Notes: generated by a model not told the origin, from the letters alone. DNA of 64,000 nt from Nemertoderma westbladi (GCA_032718475.1 JAUCBJ010001066.1:7066-71065); one strand, 5' to 3'; counted from the first letter of the stretch, positions 10,817 to 25,500 are shown. Program-made: numbers and translations.

Positions 10817-13271
10817 ATATAAGAAAACTATATAAGAAACCCCACTTCCCACCGATGCACAGACATCACGGTCAGCTTAGAGAGCAATCCTATCAGGAAG
10901 CACCAGAAAATGCATCTATCAATGGAGTACTCCAAAGAAAATGGTGAATGTAACCCAGAACCTGTTTTTCGAAGTAGTAGGACTCTAAACCTTAACCGCT
11001 TTGAGCAGGAACTTAATGAAGACATCGACGCAGCGACAGCACACCTAACAGAAACAATAAACTCTGCGTCATGCCCCCCCAATAAAGTCTCAGACCACCA
11101 CAATAAACCATGGTTCGTGGTTCGATGACGAGTGCAGGACTTGCAAGCACCAACTACTTGAGATGATGGCCAACCGCCAAAACTCGCCTGCTAACAATGA
11201 CCTGTACTGGGCGAATAGGAAGAAATATAAAGCCTTACTGAAAAACAAGAAAATAGCGTATGAGGAAGAAATGCTACTCGAAAACTTAAAACAGGCGGAG
11301 ATCAAACCTTGGATGATCTTCAAAGAGGGGAAACTGGCGAAATCAATCCCCATAGAACCAGCAACTCTGAGGACCCACTTCGACAATTTATTGGGTGTAA
11401 GACTGGACCCTCCCGGAAGCAGCACCCCACCTTCGCCATCTGAACTGGAGAAATGTGTTGAAGAGTGGTACAATGAGCCAATCAGAGAACAAGAGGTAAG
11501 CGATGCTATACAGAACTCTGCATCAAAGAAAGCCTGCGGCCCAGATGGAATATTTTACGAACATTTAAAAGCTGCAGGTCCCCTCCTAATTACAATTATA
11601 ACTCTCCTTTTCAACTTCTGCCTAAAAATGGGCGCAATCCCACTGTCATAGACATGTAGCATCATCAAGGCTATATACAAGGGGAAAGGGAGCCTGATGG
11701 ACCCAAATAACTATAGAGGTATCGCTCTTATCTGTGTTTTCCTAAAATTATTAACCTCCATACTAAACAAACGGGTTCAACGGAACATATCCCACCTGTT
11801 CCCAGATGAGCAATATGGATTTATACCAGGGAGATCAAATATGCAAGCAATAAGGAAACTCGTCTCAGATATTAACAAAGCCCTTCACTCAAAAGAAGAC
11901 CGTGTAATGTATGTAGCCTTTGTTGATTTTAAAAAGGCATTCGACCTAGTGAACCGAGCCTTGCTCCTTGGCAAGATATATAACGATTTCGAAATAAAGG
12001 GGGAATTATTCGGCTTCATTAAGGCATTATTAACAAATACAATAAAAATATCCGACGGTTTCAGCCTATCAAAACCGATCACACAGTTGCGAGGAATTCT
12101 GCAAGGAGACTCATTCTCAGCAACTTGCTTCAAAATTTTTATTACCAGCCTCGCAACTGCACTCCGTGCAATATCGAGAGCGATACGATTCATATTCTTT
12201 GCGGACGATCTAGCCTTTTATTCTTCGAATCCACAAGTTATCCAACGCGGTCTTGATGTCCTAGAAGAATGGTGTATAAATAATTCAATGGAAGTGAACC
12301 TCTCTAAAACAAAAATAATGAAGTTCCGTAAAGGTAGCCGGCTGTGTATTAACGATAAATTCTACTACGGGGGAAAAGAAGTTCTCATCTGCAATGAATA
12401 CGAATATCTTGGCATAACCTTGCAACCGACCCTCACTTTTACCAAACATGTTAACAAAAGAAAGCGGAAATCTTATGCAGCGATTGGTTGTCTTCGAAAT
12501 TTAAACAGACTGTCAATATGTACCGCAATGAAGATCTTCGCAATGAAAATACAGCCAATGGTATCACATGGTCTTGTAGAGATCGGTTGCTTCTTTACAG
12601 TTGCACACATGAAAGAACTGGATAAAATCAAATCAAAGTTTATTAAAAGGGTGCTCTCCCTACCATCCAACTCATCGACAACCATGGCCATTAAAGCTAT
12701 AGGAGAAAAAACATTCATTGAAGATCTCCTTATCGTAAACCCCACGCTATTCAACCCTACAGCATTAGACCAATATCGCTCTTACCGAACCGAACGCACA
12801 GAAAACTTCAACCGGCAGGGTTACACAAGGGGCCCAGCCTTCACAACTTCGAGTTGGAAATCCTCACAGCAGAGAAACCGGCACACTGTCACCAGGGCAA
12901 CCGCCCATGGGTTTCACTACCTCATCTGCTTGACCTGCACCCCTTTCCACGAGCTGTCATCGCAATGTATTTGTAAATATTGTAAGAACTCAGCCGTGGA
13001 CAGATACCACGCTCTCAACTGCGATTGCTGCCCCTCTCTGACAGAACTGGCCAGCCACCCATATCACTAAAAGAAAATTGGTTCACCACAGCCATGAGAC
13101 TTTGATATTCGTACTGAATCGTATTTCATTCCAACTAATTGTAAAATTTTTTAATTAATTATTAACTTATTGCTCCACCTGTATATAGCTATTTTTAACA
13201 ATTTTAAAAGAATAAACCTTTTACCCCGTTTAGGGGTGCACCTTGTTAAAAAAAAAAAAAAAAAAAAAAAA
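10817..13271 (+). mobile_element. 5'-truncated non-LTR retrotransposon (LINE) with 3' UTR stem-loop and poly(A) tail
   Basis: RT ORF, AATAAA at about 13212, hairpin ACCCC-GTTTA-GGGGT, A-run about 13247-13271; no endonuclease domain visible; 5' boundary approximate. Confidence 0.88.
10910..13070 (+). pseudogene. LINE ORF2 reverse transcriptase, disrupted by a 7-bp duplication and a stop codon
   Basis: KPWF/DDEC split by TGGTTCG duplication at 11111-11124; KKACGPDGI; TAG at 11649 where Trp is expected; DPNNYRGIAL, QYGF, FVDFKKAFD, GILQGD, FADD, YEYLG; Cys/His-rich C-terminus. Confidence 0.9.
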
Positions 13272-13284
13272 TGCGAAATTTTTT

Positions 13285-13510
13285 TCGTATTTCGTATCGT
13301 ATCTTGGATTTTTCGTATCGTATGGTATTTTCCCAAAATTACATTCGTATCGTATGGCATTTTCCCAAAATTACATTCGTATCGTATCGTATAGCGAAAA
13401 ATTGGTTCGTATCGTATCGTATTTTCGTATCGTATCGTATCGTATCGTATCGTATCGTATCGTATCGTATCGTATCGTATCGTATCGTATCGAATCGTAT
13501 CGTATCGTAT
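13285..13510. repeat. (TCGTA)n pentanucleotide microsatellite with interrupted 5' part
   Basis: Pure CGTAT run at about 13426-13510 plus a duplicated TTTTCCCAAAATTACATTCGTATCGTA block. Confidence 0.9.
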
Positions 13511-16205
13511 CCTGTCCCTGCTGGTAATCAGTGTAAACAGAAATAAAACTACTGTATTACACTCAAGGTCTGAAGGTGTAATACACGTTGATGTAGGCGC
13601 CTACACTACACTACAGGCACTACACCTTGATTACACTGGACCTAATGCTGTAATGTCGCATATATCTCTCTATAATATGGAGAGTTGAGATACGGAAAAT
13701 ACTGCGGCAGGGAATATTATTCCCTACCGCACTAATTAATAGACTAGCGTTGCATGCTGTGGTAACTAGGAAGGCTGTCCTGATTAGACCTTCTTTCTTT
13801 TTAAACAAACATCGCATTTAAAACAGATTAAACAATTTATAATACCCAGTCAATGCAGCGTACTTTTTTTATTGCCAATATTTCTAGTAAAACATTATCT
13901 GAATCAAGTTCATATTTTACTAATTTTCTACGGAAATTAGATCTTTCACCTTTGTCACTTCAGAAAGTAGACTTTCAGAATAAGAAATGCGAACGTTCCA
14001 CTTTCTCATGATACCTTTACTGTAGTATAAAACTACTTATAAAAACGTGGGAACAATCACACCTTATTAAGAGTTGTTAGCGCATTTGATAAAAAATATG
14101 TTCTTTCAATCTCAATTTCATATATTGTGACTCTTTCTTTGTGACTCTTAATTTTCCGGTCTGATACAATGAACGGGGTGGTGCTAGTATACCTTCAATG
14201 AAGGCCGCTCAATGTATCTGTTTATTTCCCCTTTTTTCCCTTTCATGTATTGATTTGCTTTATATTTCACTTAGTTTAATACGGTATTTGATCGTCTATT
14301 ATACATATTTACAGTAACTGATATACTATACCGGGAGGGTGTGGCAACACAGTATAACAAGCAAATGTCTGACTAATTAATCCTGTAAGGACTCAAGTCT
14401 GGCGACTGTGTTTCCCTTTAGAGGAAACGTATTGTAACAAGTCTTTGGTCTAATTATATTGATATAGCTACCGTATTCAATTTGTGATAACTCTCAATCG
14501 TGATATAGTTAATAATAAGAGCGTTGCTTACAATAATGGTCTGAAATATCGCCATATATTAATTATTTATTGAGTTAGGGGTACGACGGCACACATAAAT
14601 CTGATGCAATTGTCCAGATTATCACTGATGCTTAATTATAGTGACCTACCTGGATGTGGCGCGTGTAAAACTCCCTTGATACCGTAATATCGGTGATATA
14701 TTAAGCAAATAATAACAACAAATTGAGTTTACCTGCAGAATATGAAATATAACAATAAGTAAATATAATTCAATTATTAACAATGAATTTAGTTCAAATG
14801 TTAGAACTGAGACATTAGACTTAGACATGTAATAATAGCCAGTCATCAAAAACCTCACAGGCAATTAAGGATATGGATATGTGTATAATGGCACTAGATG
14901 GCGTCAAAACCCGTAGTAAAGCATAATTTAACTGAAATAGTCGATATTATACCGCAACCAACTTTATCAATAAAAAATTGTGTTTTGAGCTTAAAATTAG
15001 TAAAATAAGTAATCCAAAAAGGCCAAGTTCATACTTGCATCAACAGGAGTGCAGGTAACTACAGTATTTAACCTATGGATATCTTTGGAAGGATTCATTT
15101 CAACCGGCGGACGTCCTTTCAACCTAGGTTGTTAAAGACAGTATCTGACTCCCCAAATCACTGGGGATTCATTCTATTCATTTACACCTTTTCACCGCGT
15201 AATAACTATTTACATACTTGTGTGTAAAGTAGCACTTTAGAGTGTGATGATCCGAGTGGCTTTGTTACACGAACGAACGTTAGTGAGTGAGTGAAAATAA
15301 CGCCACGAGGAGCAGAACACTGTAAAGTACTTTGCCACAAGTATGTATGTACAGTAGTTTTATTCCAAAATTTTAACATTACGAAATTATTGTACATATA
15401 CATTATAAGTGATAGAAACTGCACAAATTACACCATGATCCGTAATAAAGTGTCATTTGCTGATGACACGGCCATCCCCCCCCCCCCAAAAATTTTTCTA
15501 CAAATCTTTTATCATATTGCTTGAAATTTGAAACACAACTAGTTCAACTCACCGTGGTTGTTACCATGAAGCCGGAATTTTCTATTTCGCCTTTAAATTT
15601 TTTTATACGCGTTTTAAAAAAGGGTCTAGCGAAATCGCACCATCCGTTACAAGGGTTCCAAATATGTAACAATATCTGAATTTCGTTGAGAAATAGCTGA
15701 GATATAGGCGTTCAAAGATTGCACGAATTATATTGTTCGCTGCAGGCCATTTATTCTATTTAATAAATACATATATACATACACATATATACATTTACAT
15801 AATATACAACAATTTACTGTACAACAATTTTACAACAGTTAACTCGATGGCATGGCCTTTAGTACGCCTTGACGGCAGTACGGGTATATCTTTTCGACCT
15901 TCACGTAGGCCTACGCGTTGGTCGAAAAGATTTACCCGTTAATACTAGCGGCGTTGACTGGTTGAGTAATGTTACAATTTTGGAATATAGTGTATGGCCC
16001 CGGGCCCCCTATTCACTAAGGGGTGCGGAATGGAGTGACCTAGGCCTACATCCTGAGACGTTTACTGCCAGCATTGCTCATTTTCATTTATGTAAAACAC
16101 AGAAACAGTACCGGTACAAGGCACAAGGCACAAGGCCTCATTTCACATTTACCGGTAGGCGTATTTGGTTCATATCATTAACAGAATAACCAGATAACGA
16201 GAGAA

Positions 16206-16544
16206 ATGGGAGAGGTAACTACCGATAATTTAAAATTCCTTCCGTTCTCTAGTTCAATAGAACCGGGGTTTTGGTACAATCTGTCTCAAAAGAAACTCAA
16301 AGAATTCAAACTGGACGCGAGTCCTAAACCTATCCTCGGGCGGTTCAGTATAGGGGAGGGCCACGGCTACCAACCAACTCTCTATGTCGAGTACGACGCA
16401 TTGAACCCCAAAGAGAGACTCGGTAGTTGTAGCTACTCAGTTAACGGGCAGCTTATAAATACCAACACCATCGACGACTTTAAGGCTCTAGACAAAAAAC
16501 GTATCTTAGATGAGGCCGCTTCAAATATATGGGAAGTTGTCCGG
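16206..16544 (+). CDS. ATG7: ATG7 exon 1
   Basis: [23 protein letters not shown]...[13 protein letters not shown]; donor CGG|GTAAGT, phase 0. Confidence 0.92.
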
Positions 16545-19500
16545 GTAAGTTCTGAAGTTTGGCTATTGGTACAGTATTTTAGTTGATTACCTGTTACCGT
16601 ACTGCTGTAATACTGTAATAGTTTGTTAGGTTTAACTTTTGAATTTTTAAATTTGTTTTGATATTGTTACCGGTAGTGGTTTGGTTAATGATAATGCGTC
16701 TCAAGTTTATTTACGGCTAGTTATTTGTGGGTTAAAATAGCGGAGTGGATTGACATCGCATTGAGATTGCAAGTGGTTGAACTGCAACTGGTTACCTTAG
16801 CTCTACTAATTGATGAAGCCTGATAGGCAGAAACATATGTATAGCCCTGGTTCCCCCGGTGACGTGCTTTTCTCATTTTTTCCATTTTCGAACAAAACCA
16901 TAATATTACAAGAGAGGGTGCAGGGGTAGCAGGTAGGCCTATTGCTGTATAGTAAATACATAGTGTGGCAGTTTGGATGTACCTAAATACGTCAACAACT
17001 TTATTGGAAATAGTTTAAGCCTATCTCAATTGATATTTTGTTTAATTATACACCAAGGAACCTGTGGTCTGTCTGTAGGACACTGCTCAGACCCGCTAAT
17101 TATCATGCCAAGTCGATTGTTATTTTGACTATATTATTCCCTTAGGACGGGTCTGCTTTATCCAATCCTAGCCTTCTAAACCAATTGATACTCATAACAT
17201 TCGCCGACCTAAAGAAATACCACTTCTACTACTGGTTCTGCTTCCCAGGACTGTGTCTAACTCCTATACGTTTAATCTCTAAAACAACGTTGCGCCAATC
17301 ATTGTCCCCTGATCAATCATCTACCCTAGTCCGACTCTATGACTCATATCGTTCCACCAATAGCAGCGGTTTATTCAGTCTTCGTTTAGACGGAGACACT
17401 TTGAACTTATCCGGGTTTCATGAGGACGATATGAATAGCGACGTTTGGATTGGATGTCCGGATCCCTCTGTTTCCCCTGACTACCCCGGTTGGCCAGTGA
17501 GGAATCTAATTGCGTTGCTAGGTTACCAGATACCCAAGGGCCAATCGCGTCGCTTTGCGTTGCTGTGTTACCGTTGTCTACGCACCAGTTCGGGCAACGA
17601 TGTCGGACACAGTTTGCTGCTTAACATAGAGGTTGATGGTTACCATGGCGATACCGTGGTCCCGAAATCGGTCGGCTGGGAGAAAAATAGAAAAGGGAAA
17701 ACCGCGGCCCAGATGGTCAACCTCAGTGCGTCCATGGATCCCTTACGGTTAGTAGTGCGTCCATGGACTCCCCGCGGTTAGTAGTGCGTCCATGGACTCC
17801 CCGCGGTTAGTAGTGCGTCCATGGACTCCCCGCGGTTAGTAGTGCGTCCATGGACCCCCCGCGGTTAGTAGTGCGTCCATGGACCCCCCGCGGTTAGTAG
17901 TGCGTCCATTGACCCCCCGCGGTTAGTAGTGCGTCCATGGACCCCCCGCGGTTAGTAGTGCGTCCATGGACCCCCCGCGGTTAGTAGTGCGTCCATGGAC
18001 CCCCGCGGTTAGTAGTGCGTCCATGGACCCCGCGCGGTTAGTAGTGCGTCCATGGACCCCCGCGGTTAGTAGTGCGTCCATGGACCCCCGCGGTTAGTAG
18101 TGCGTCCATGGACCCCCCGCGGTTAGTAGTGCGTCCATGGACCCCCCGCGGATAGTAGTGCGTCCATGGACTCCCCGCGGTTAGTAGTGCGCCCATGGAC
18201 CCCCGCGGTTAGTAGTGCGTCCATGGACCCCCGCGGTTAGTAGTGCGTCCATGGACCCCCGCGGTTAGTAGTGCGTCCATGGACCCCCCGCGGTTAGTAG
18301 TGCGTCCATGGACCCCCCGCGGTTAGTAGTGCGTGCATGGACCCCCCGCGGTTAGTAGTGCGTCCATGGACTCCCCGCGGTTAGTAGTGCGTCCATGGAC
18401 CCCCCGCGGTTAGTAGTGCGTGCATGGACCCCCCGCGGTTAGTAGTGCGTCCATGGACTCCCCGCGGTTAGTAGTGCGCCCATGGACCCCCGCGGTTAGT
18501 AGTGCGTCCATGGACTCCCCGCGGTTAGTAGTGCGTCCATGGACCCCCCGCGGTTAGTAGTGCGTCCATGGACTCCCCGCGGTTAGTAGTGCGTCCATGG
18601 ACCCCCGCGGTTAGTAGTGCGTCCATGGACCCCGCGCGGTTAGTAGTGCGTCCATGGACCCCCGCGGTTAGTAGTGCGTCCATGGACCCCCGCGGTTAGT
18701 AGTGCGTCCATGGACCCCCCGCGGTTAGTAGTGCGTCCATGGACCCCCCGCGGTTAGTAGTGCGTCCATGGACTCCCCGCGGTTAGTAGTGCGCCCATGG
18801 ACCCCCGCGGTTAGTAGTGCGTCCATGGACCCCCCGCGGTTAGTAGTGCGTCCATGGACCCCCGCGGTTAGTAGTGCGTCCATGGACCCCCCGCGGTTAG
18901 TAGTGCGTGCATGGACCCCCCGCGGTTAGTAGTGCGTCCATGGACTCCCCGCGGTTAGTAGTGCGTCCATGGACCCCCCGCGGTTAGTAGTGCGTCCATG
19001 GACCCCCCGCGGTTAGTAGTGCGTCCATGGACCCCCCGCGGTTAGTAGTGCGTCCATGGACCCCCGCGGTTAGTAGTGCTTCCATGGACCCCCCGCGGTT
19101 AGTAGTGCGTCCATGGACCCCCCGCGGTTAGTAGTGCGTCCATGGACTCCCCGCGGTTAGTAGTGCGTCCATGGACTCCCCGCGGTTAGTAGTGCGTCCA
19201 TGGACCCCCCGCGGTTAGTAGTGCGTCCATGGACCCCCGCGGTTAGTAGTGCGTCCATGGACTCCCCGCGGTTAGTAGTGCGTCCATGGACTCCCCGCGG
19301 TTAGTAGTGCGTCCATGGATCCCTTGCGGTTAGTAGTGCGTCCATGGACTCCCCGCGGTTAGTAGTGCGTCCATGGACTCCCCGCGGTTAGTAGTGCGTC
19401 CATGGACTACCCGCGGTTAGTAGTGCGTCCATGGACCCCCCGCGGTTAGTAGTGCGTCCATGGACTCCCCGCGGTTAGTAGTGCGTCCATGGACTCCCCG

Positions 19501-22500
19501 CGGTTAGTAGTGCGTCCATGGACTCCCCGCGGTTAGTAGTGCGTCCATGGACCCCCCGCGGTTAGTAGTGCGTCCATGGACCCCCGCGGTTAGTAGTGCG
19601 TCCATGGACTCCCCGCGGTTAGTAGTGCGTCCATGGACTCCCCGCGGTTAGTAGTGCGTCCATGGATCCCTTGCGGTTAGTAGTGCGTCCATGGACTCCC
19701 CGCGGTTAGTAGTGCGTCCATGGACTCCCCGCGGTTAGTAGTGCGTCCATGGACTCCCCGCGGTTAGTAGTGCGTCCATGGACCCCCCGCGGTTAGTAGT
19801 GCGTCCATGGACTCCCCGCGGTTAGTAGTGCGTCCATGGACCCCCGCGGTTAGTAGTGCGTCCATGGACTCCCCGCGGCTAGTAGTGCGTCCATGGACTC
19901 CCCGCGGTTAGTAGTGCGTCCATGGACTCCCCGCGGTTAGTAGTGCGTCCATGGACTCCCCGCGGTTAGTAGTGCGTCCATGGCCCCCCGCGGTTAGTAG
20001 TGCGTCCATGGACTCCCCGCGGTTAGTAGTGCGTCCATGGATCCCTTGCGGTTAGTAGTGCGTCCATGGACTCCCCGCGGTTAGTAGTGCGTCCATGGAC
20101 TCCCCGCGGTTAGTAGTGCGTCCATGGACTCCCCGCGGTTAGTAGTGCGTCCATGGACCCCCCGCGGTTAGTAGTGCGTCCATGGACTCCCCGCGGTTAG
20201 TAGTGCGTCCATGGACCCCCGCGGTTAGTAGTGCGTCCATGGACTCCCCGCGGCTAGTAGTGCGTCCATGGACTCCCCGCGGTTAGTAGTGCGTCCATGG
20301 ACTCCCCGCGGTTAGTAGTGCGTCCATGGACTCCCCGCGGTTAGTAGTGCGTCCATGGCCCCCCGCGGTTAGTAGTGCGTCCATGGACTCCCCGCGGTTA
20401 GTAGTGCGTCCATGGACCCCCGCGGTTAGTAGTGCGTCCATGGACTCCCCGCGGTTAGTAGTGCGTCCATGGACTCCCCGCGGTTAGTAGTGCGTCCATG
20501 GACTCCCCGCGGTTAGTAGTGCGTCCATGGACTCCCCGCGGTTAGTAGTGCGTCCATGGACTCCCCGCGGTTAGTAGTGCGTCCATGGACTCCCCGCGGT
20601 TAGTAGTGCGTCCATGGACTCCCCGCGGTTAGTAGTGCGTCCATGGACCCCCGCGGTTAGTAGTGCGTCCATGGACTCCCCGCGGTTAGTAGTGCGTCCA
20701 TGGACTCCCCGCGGTTAGTAGTGCGTCCATGGACTCCCCGCGGTTAGTAGTGCGTCCATGGACTCCCCGCGGTTAGTAGTGCGTCCATGGACTCCCCGCG
20801 GTTAGTAGTGCGTCCATGGACTCCCCGCGGTTAGTAGTGCGTCCATGGACTCCCCGCGGTTAGTAGTGCGTCCATGGACTCCCCGCGGTTAGTAGTGCGT
20901 CCATGGACCCCCGTGGTTAGTAGTGCGTCCATGGACTCCCCGCGGTTAGTAGTGCGTCCATGGACTCCCCGCGGTTAGTAGTGCGTCCATGGACCCCCGC
21001 GGTTAGTAGTGCGTCCATGGACTCCCCGCGGTTAGTAGTGCGTCCATGGACTCCCCGCGGTTAGTAGTGCGTCCATGGACTCCCCGCGGTTAGTAGTGCG
21101 TCCATGGACTCCCCGCGGTTAGTAGTGCGTCCATGGACTCCCCGCGGTTAGTAGTGCGTCCATGGTCTCCCCGCGGTTAGTAGTGCGTCCATGGACTCCC
21201 CGCGGTTAGTAGTGCGTCCATGGACTCCCCGCGGTTAGTAGTGCGTCCATGGACTCCCCGCGGTTAGTAGTGCGTCCATGGACTCCCCGCGGTTAGTAGT
21301 GCGTCCATGGACTCCCCGCGGTTAGTAGTGCGTCCATGGACCCCCGCGGTTAATAGTGCGTCCATGGACTCCCCGCGGTTAGTAGTGCGTCCATGGACTC
21401 CCCGCGGTTAGTAGTGCGTCCATGGACTCCCCGCGGTTAGTAGTGCGTCCATGGACCCCCCGCGGTTAGTAGTGCGTCCATGGACTCCCCGCGGTTAGTA
21501 GTGCGTCCATGGACCCCCCGCGGTTAGTAGTGCGTCCATGGGCCCCCCGCGGTTAGTAGTGCGTCCATGGACTCCCCGCGGTTAGTAGTGCGTCCATGGA
21601 CTCCCCGCGGTTAGTAGTGCGTCCATGGACTCCCCGCGGTTAGTAGTGCGTCCATGGACCCCCCGCGGTTAGTAGTGCGTCCATGGACTCCCCGCGGTTA
21701 GTAGTGCGTCCATGGACCCCCCGCGGTTAGTAGTGCGTCCATGGACTCCCCGCGGTTAGTAGTGCGTCCATGGACCTCCCGCGGTTAGTAGTGCGTCCAT
21801 GGACCCCCCGCGGTTAGTAGTGCGTCTATGGACCCCCGCGGTTAGTTATGTATTTCTATAGCAGCGATTAGATGTTTATTTATCTGCCCCCTTAGCCTTT
21901 TTAATCCCCCCCCCCTCCCCCGCACCCACAGATTGGCTGATTCCTCAGTGGATCTGAACCTCGAATTAATGAGATGGAGGATTCTACCTCAACTCCAATT
22001 GGACGTTGTAAAGGAGGCACGGTGTTTGTTGCTAGGCGCCGGTACACTTGGTTGTGCAGTCTCCCGTTGTCTCATTGGTTGGGGCGTAAAGAATATTACT
22101 TTAATAGATAATTCCCGCGTATCTTATTCCAACCCAGGTAAAGTGAATGGCAAAGAGATCTAGTTACTTACAGTGCGGATCAATATTCACGTTTTTAGAA
22201 TTCTGTATTTTACAGTAATAGCCATTATTGGATAGTGGTCTGGCCATACCTAAAAGACTGATATTATTAATTACCATAGACCGATAATTAATTACCATTG
22301 GATGTGCACCGATATGAGGTTTTTTTCAAAATGTTCACTGAGAAAAGTTTCTAAACGGTTAGAAAAAATTTAGAAAAATTGAATTTTGTTTAGGAAACCA
22401 AAATAAGTTTCCCAATGGCATGAATGTATTGGGAAAGTGAGAAGCAGGCCATGAAATACTGATGTATTGTTGTTTTCTACTTTAGTTTTTCATGCGGTAA

Positions 22501-25500
22501 ATCCAGCACCTATAATATATCGAAATATTGAACTAATTAGTCGCACTTCCACTTGGTCCTTCTACTACAGTATGACCGACTGGTAACTGTACCTAAAAAC
22601 CTAATTAACACCAGCCATTATTTTTCATAAGTTTCCTGGAAAATTGCGAAAGTGATACTCGAATTTTTTCATGTTATTCACCATTCTGATTCCACGAAAC
22701 AGGTTGAAAAGAAATATGAATAAGTCCAAAATATGAATTCTGGCCTCGGCTACTAAGTTGCATCAAAAAATAATTTTTTAATAATTTAATTTCAATATAG
22801 TCCACCCACAATCAATGTTACACTTTAATTGTAATTATTTGTTTGTATTTTGGGGCAGTAAGCATTACAAAATGCTTTAAATTCGAACCATTGCCACCGC
22901 CACCGCCACCACCTTAATGAAGCTAATTCGTACTATTCGAAAATTCAAAAAAACGTTCGCTTTTCTTGAGATAATGTCCCGATGCATTTTCGGTTGTTTC
23001 CTCCGTGAGAGAGAACTACTGTATGTTCAATGAAACAAAAACACACTTAGACTGTAACACAGTCTATATCAACATACTTAGAAACAATTCCGGTACCACA
23101 AATAAGTGTATTTCATTTCATTGTATTTCAACGTTAATTTATACAATCTAATCTATGGATGTTAAACACACATACAAGTGTATTTCATATTAAAGAAGTT
23201 GGTACAAATGAAGCTGATGGAGTTGGATCAGATTTGGAGATTCAAGGATTCGACTAGGGTGAATGTTTGCGCTTTTAAGACCTTTGACAGTTTAACCTGC
23301 CAAATTAGGATGTCTTTTAGATGATATATATTCTTTAGCTTATGACGAGTATTTGATACACTACATTAGCCGAAGCCAGTCTATGCGCAATCATTCACCC
23401 GCTGGATATACCCGGGAGACTGAATTCGGAACTTAATGATTGATGGTGTAAGCCTACCGTATTATTCGACTGATCGTAATATATAATCTCTGACAAATAT
23501 TATTCACTTTCGGGAAATATTAACAGTTCCTTTAGGACGTGGCGCTCTAAATATGTAAACAGAGTTATGACTTAAACTAGACACAACGAAAAGGCTATAG
23601 ATTCACGTATATGGCGCATTCTTTAGGAGATGCTTTGTTATCAGTTACAATCATACACAATGCTGCACAATACTGCACACTAATCTGCCGACCTTCACTA
23701 AATTTGGTCACGTATAAAGAGAGCAACATACAATTTATGTCGGGCATATGAAATAGCATTAGATTCACTTCAAACCACTTAACATAGGTCGCAATCGTTT
23801 ATCTGTAACCGGTCTCTCTAACCTTTAGTATATCAAGAAGGTATTGATCAGTATTCCGATATAATATTTCATCAACCAATATAATGAATAACCGACAGTA
23901 AAAGCAGTAATATTAGTAATTTATGGATAGATATGGTATGTTAACTCGATTTGCATTGGTATGGTTAGATAACAGATATACGTTCTATAATTAAGCCTAC
24001 TAATGTAAAGCTAAAGAATGCTGATATACGGAGGTGCCAAAAGCCGGTGTTCTTAGGCTCTGGGCAAAAACATAACACTGAACTACTGAGTTTCTGCATC
24101 CACCTCCAAAACAGAGACAAAAAACGCTCTGATTGGTCAACCGAACAACGAGAGAACAAAGAAACAAAGAAATGTCGACGTGGCAATATCAGCTGTTAGC
24201 CGTCGTCATGGTAGCGACACTGTTTTCAAGAGTATCTAGCTTATCGCGTCACGAGATTACGGATTATGTCCTCTAAAGTACAAATACAGAAGAAATGGCT
24301 TTTATGTCCTCTAAAACACCAGTACAGCAAGGACACGGCCTTTTTATGCCTGGTAAACCAACCACAGAGTACTTTACAGGGAAAATAACCGGCTAATTAT
24401 GCAAAAGCTTTTACACCGCTCCCAGAAAATGGGATTTAAGTCTATAAAATATAACAAATCACAGTTTCTAAAATATAAAGATACTCTAAACAGTTAGTCT
24501 TTCTTACGCAGACGGCGTTTACGCAGTTTTTTGAGGCTAGCAAGAGTCCTTTTCTCTTTGGGGCGAGCCACTTTACTAGGAGGGCTATCAATCCTGGGTG
24601 AAGGGTGCAATATGATTGCATCAGAAAGTGTAGGATTATGGTCGGGGTATCCGCCGTTTCGATATGCTTCTCCTCGAGCTGATTTTCCTCCGCTCGTAGC
24701 TGGATACGTTCATCCAAAAACTCTCGCAGAGAATGGGTTGTCTAAGTTTGATATCTTCTTAGAGATTCTGGATTTCACAATCGAACTGAGATAAAGACAA
24801 TTCGTTTATCGCTTGGACTTACTGTTACAACTTACGTTTATCTAAGCAAACGCCGGTTTCCTTTCTGATCTTTGTAGAATAGCGTTTAACTCGTTTGGTA
24901 CAACGTTCTCCGCCACTTTGGTGACAGGTTATATCGTGTTAAGCCGGGACGATGGTAAGGGTTAAACGGCGACATTAAATGTCCGCGTCCCAATCCGGTT
25001 AGGTAGAATGGGCTAATATCTAGGAAGCCCACAACTGGGGTGCCACCAACTAATTGTTCAGGTAACACTAGATCTTTGAGCAGTGAGTACAGCTCGGGAG
25101 GATCCGTCATACTAATAGGATCAAGAGTCTGAAGTCTCACTAGGGAATGAGGAGTTCTGATCGAGTATTCCGAAACTCTGATCATTGGTTTATTTAAGGA
25201 TCGTCTGAGTCGAACGAGCGTAGGTGATACATCGAACAAGTTTCGCCCGAAACTCCCGTAAGTATAGCGAGTAAAACCGTGTTTAAAGCAACGTCTCCGC
25301 GGATGTTTATGTCTTTCCGACTGTTGGTTGGGTCTTGGGCATTCATCGCAATAATACCAAAAACGCACGTCTTGTAGGGGAAACGCGAGTGATCTCTCTC
25401 CAGCCTACAATATTCCTCCATCCGTTCGAAGCTATCCGGTACAACAGGTAGCGATCGATCGGCGGTAAGATACATCATAGTGGAATAGAGCCGTTCGAGT

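Noticed and set aside
17725-21846. CRISPR array (29-bp repeats)
   Set aside because: Units are head-to-tail with no unique spacers, no cas genes, and the context is a eukaryotic intron.
23965-24186. 73-aa ORF duplicated at 41810-42031
   Set aside because: Lies inside the two LTRs; duplication reflects LTR identity, with no coding evidence.
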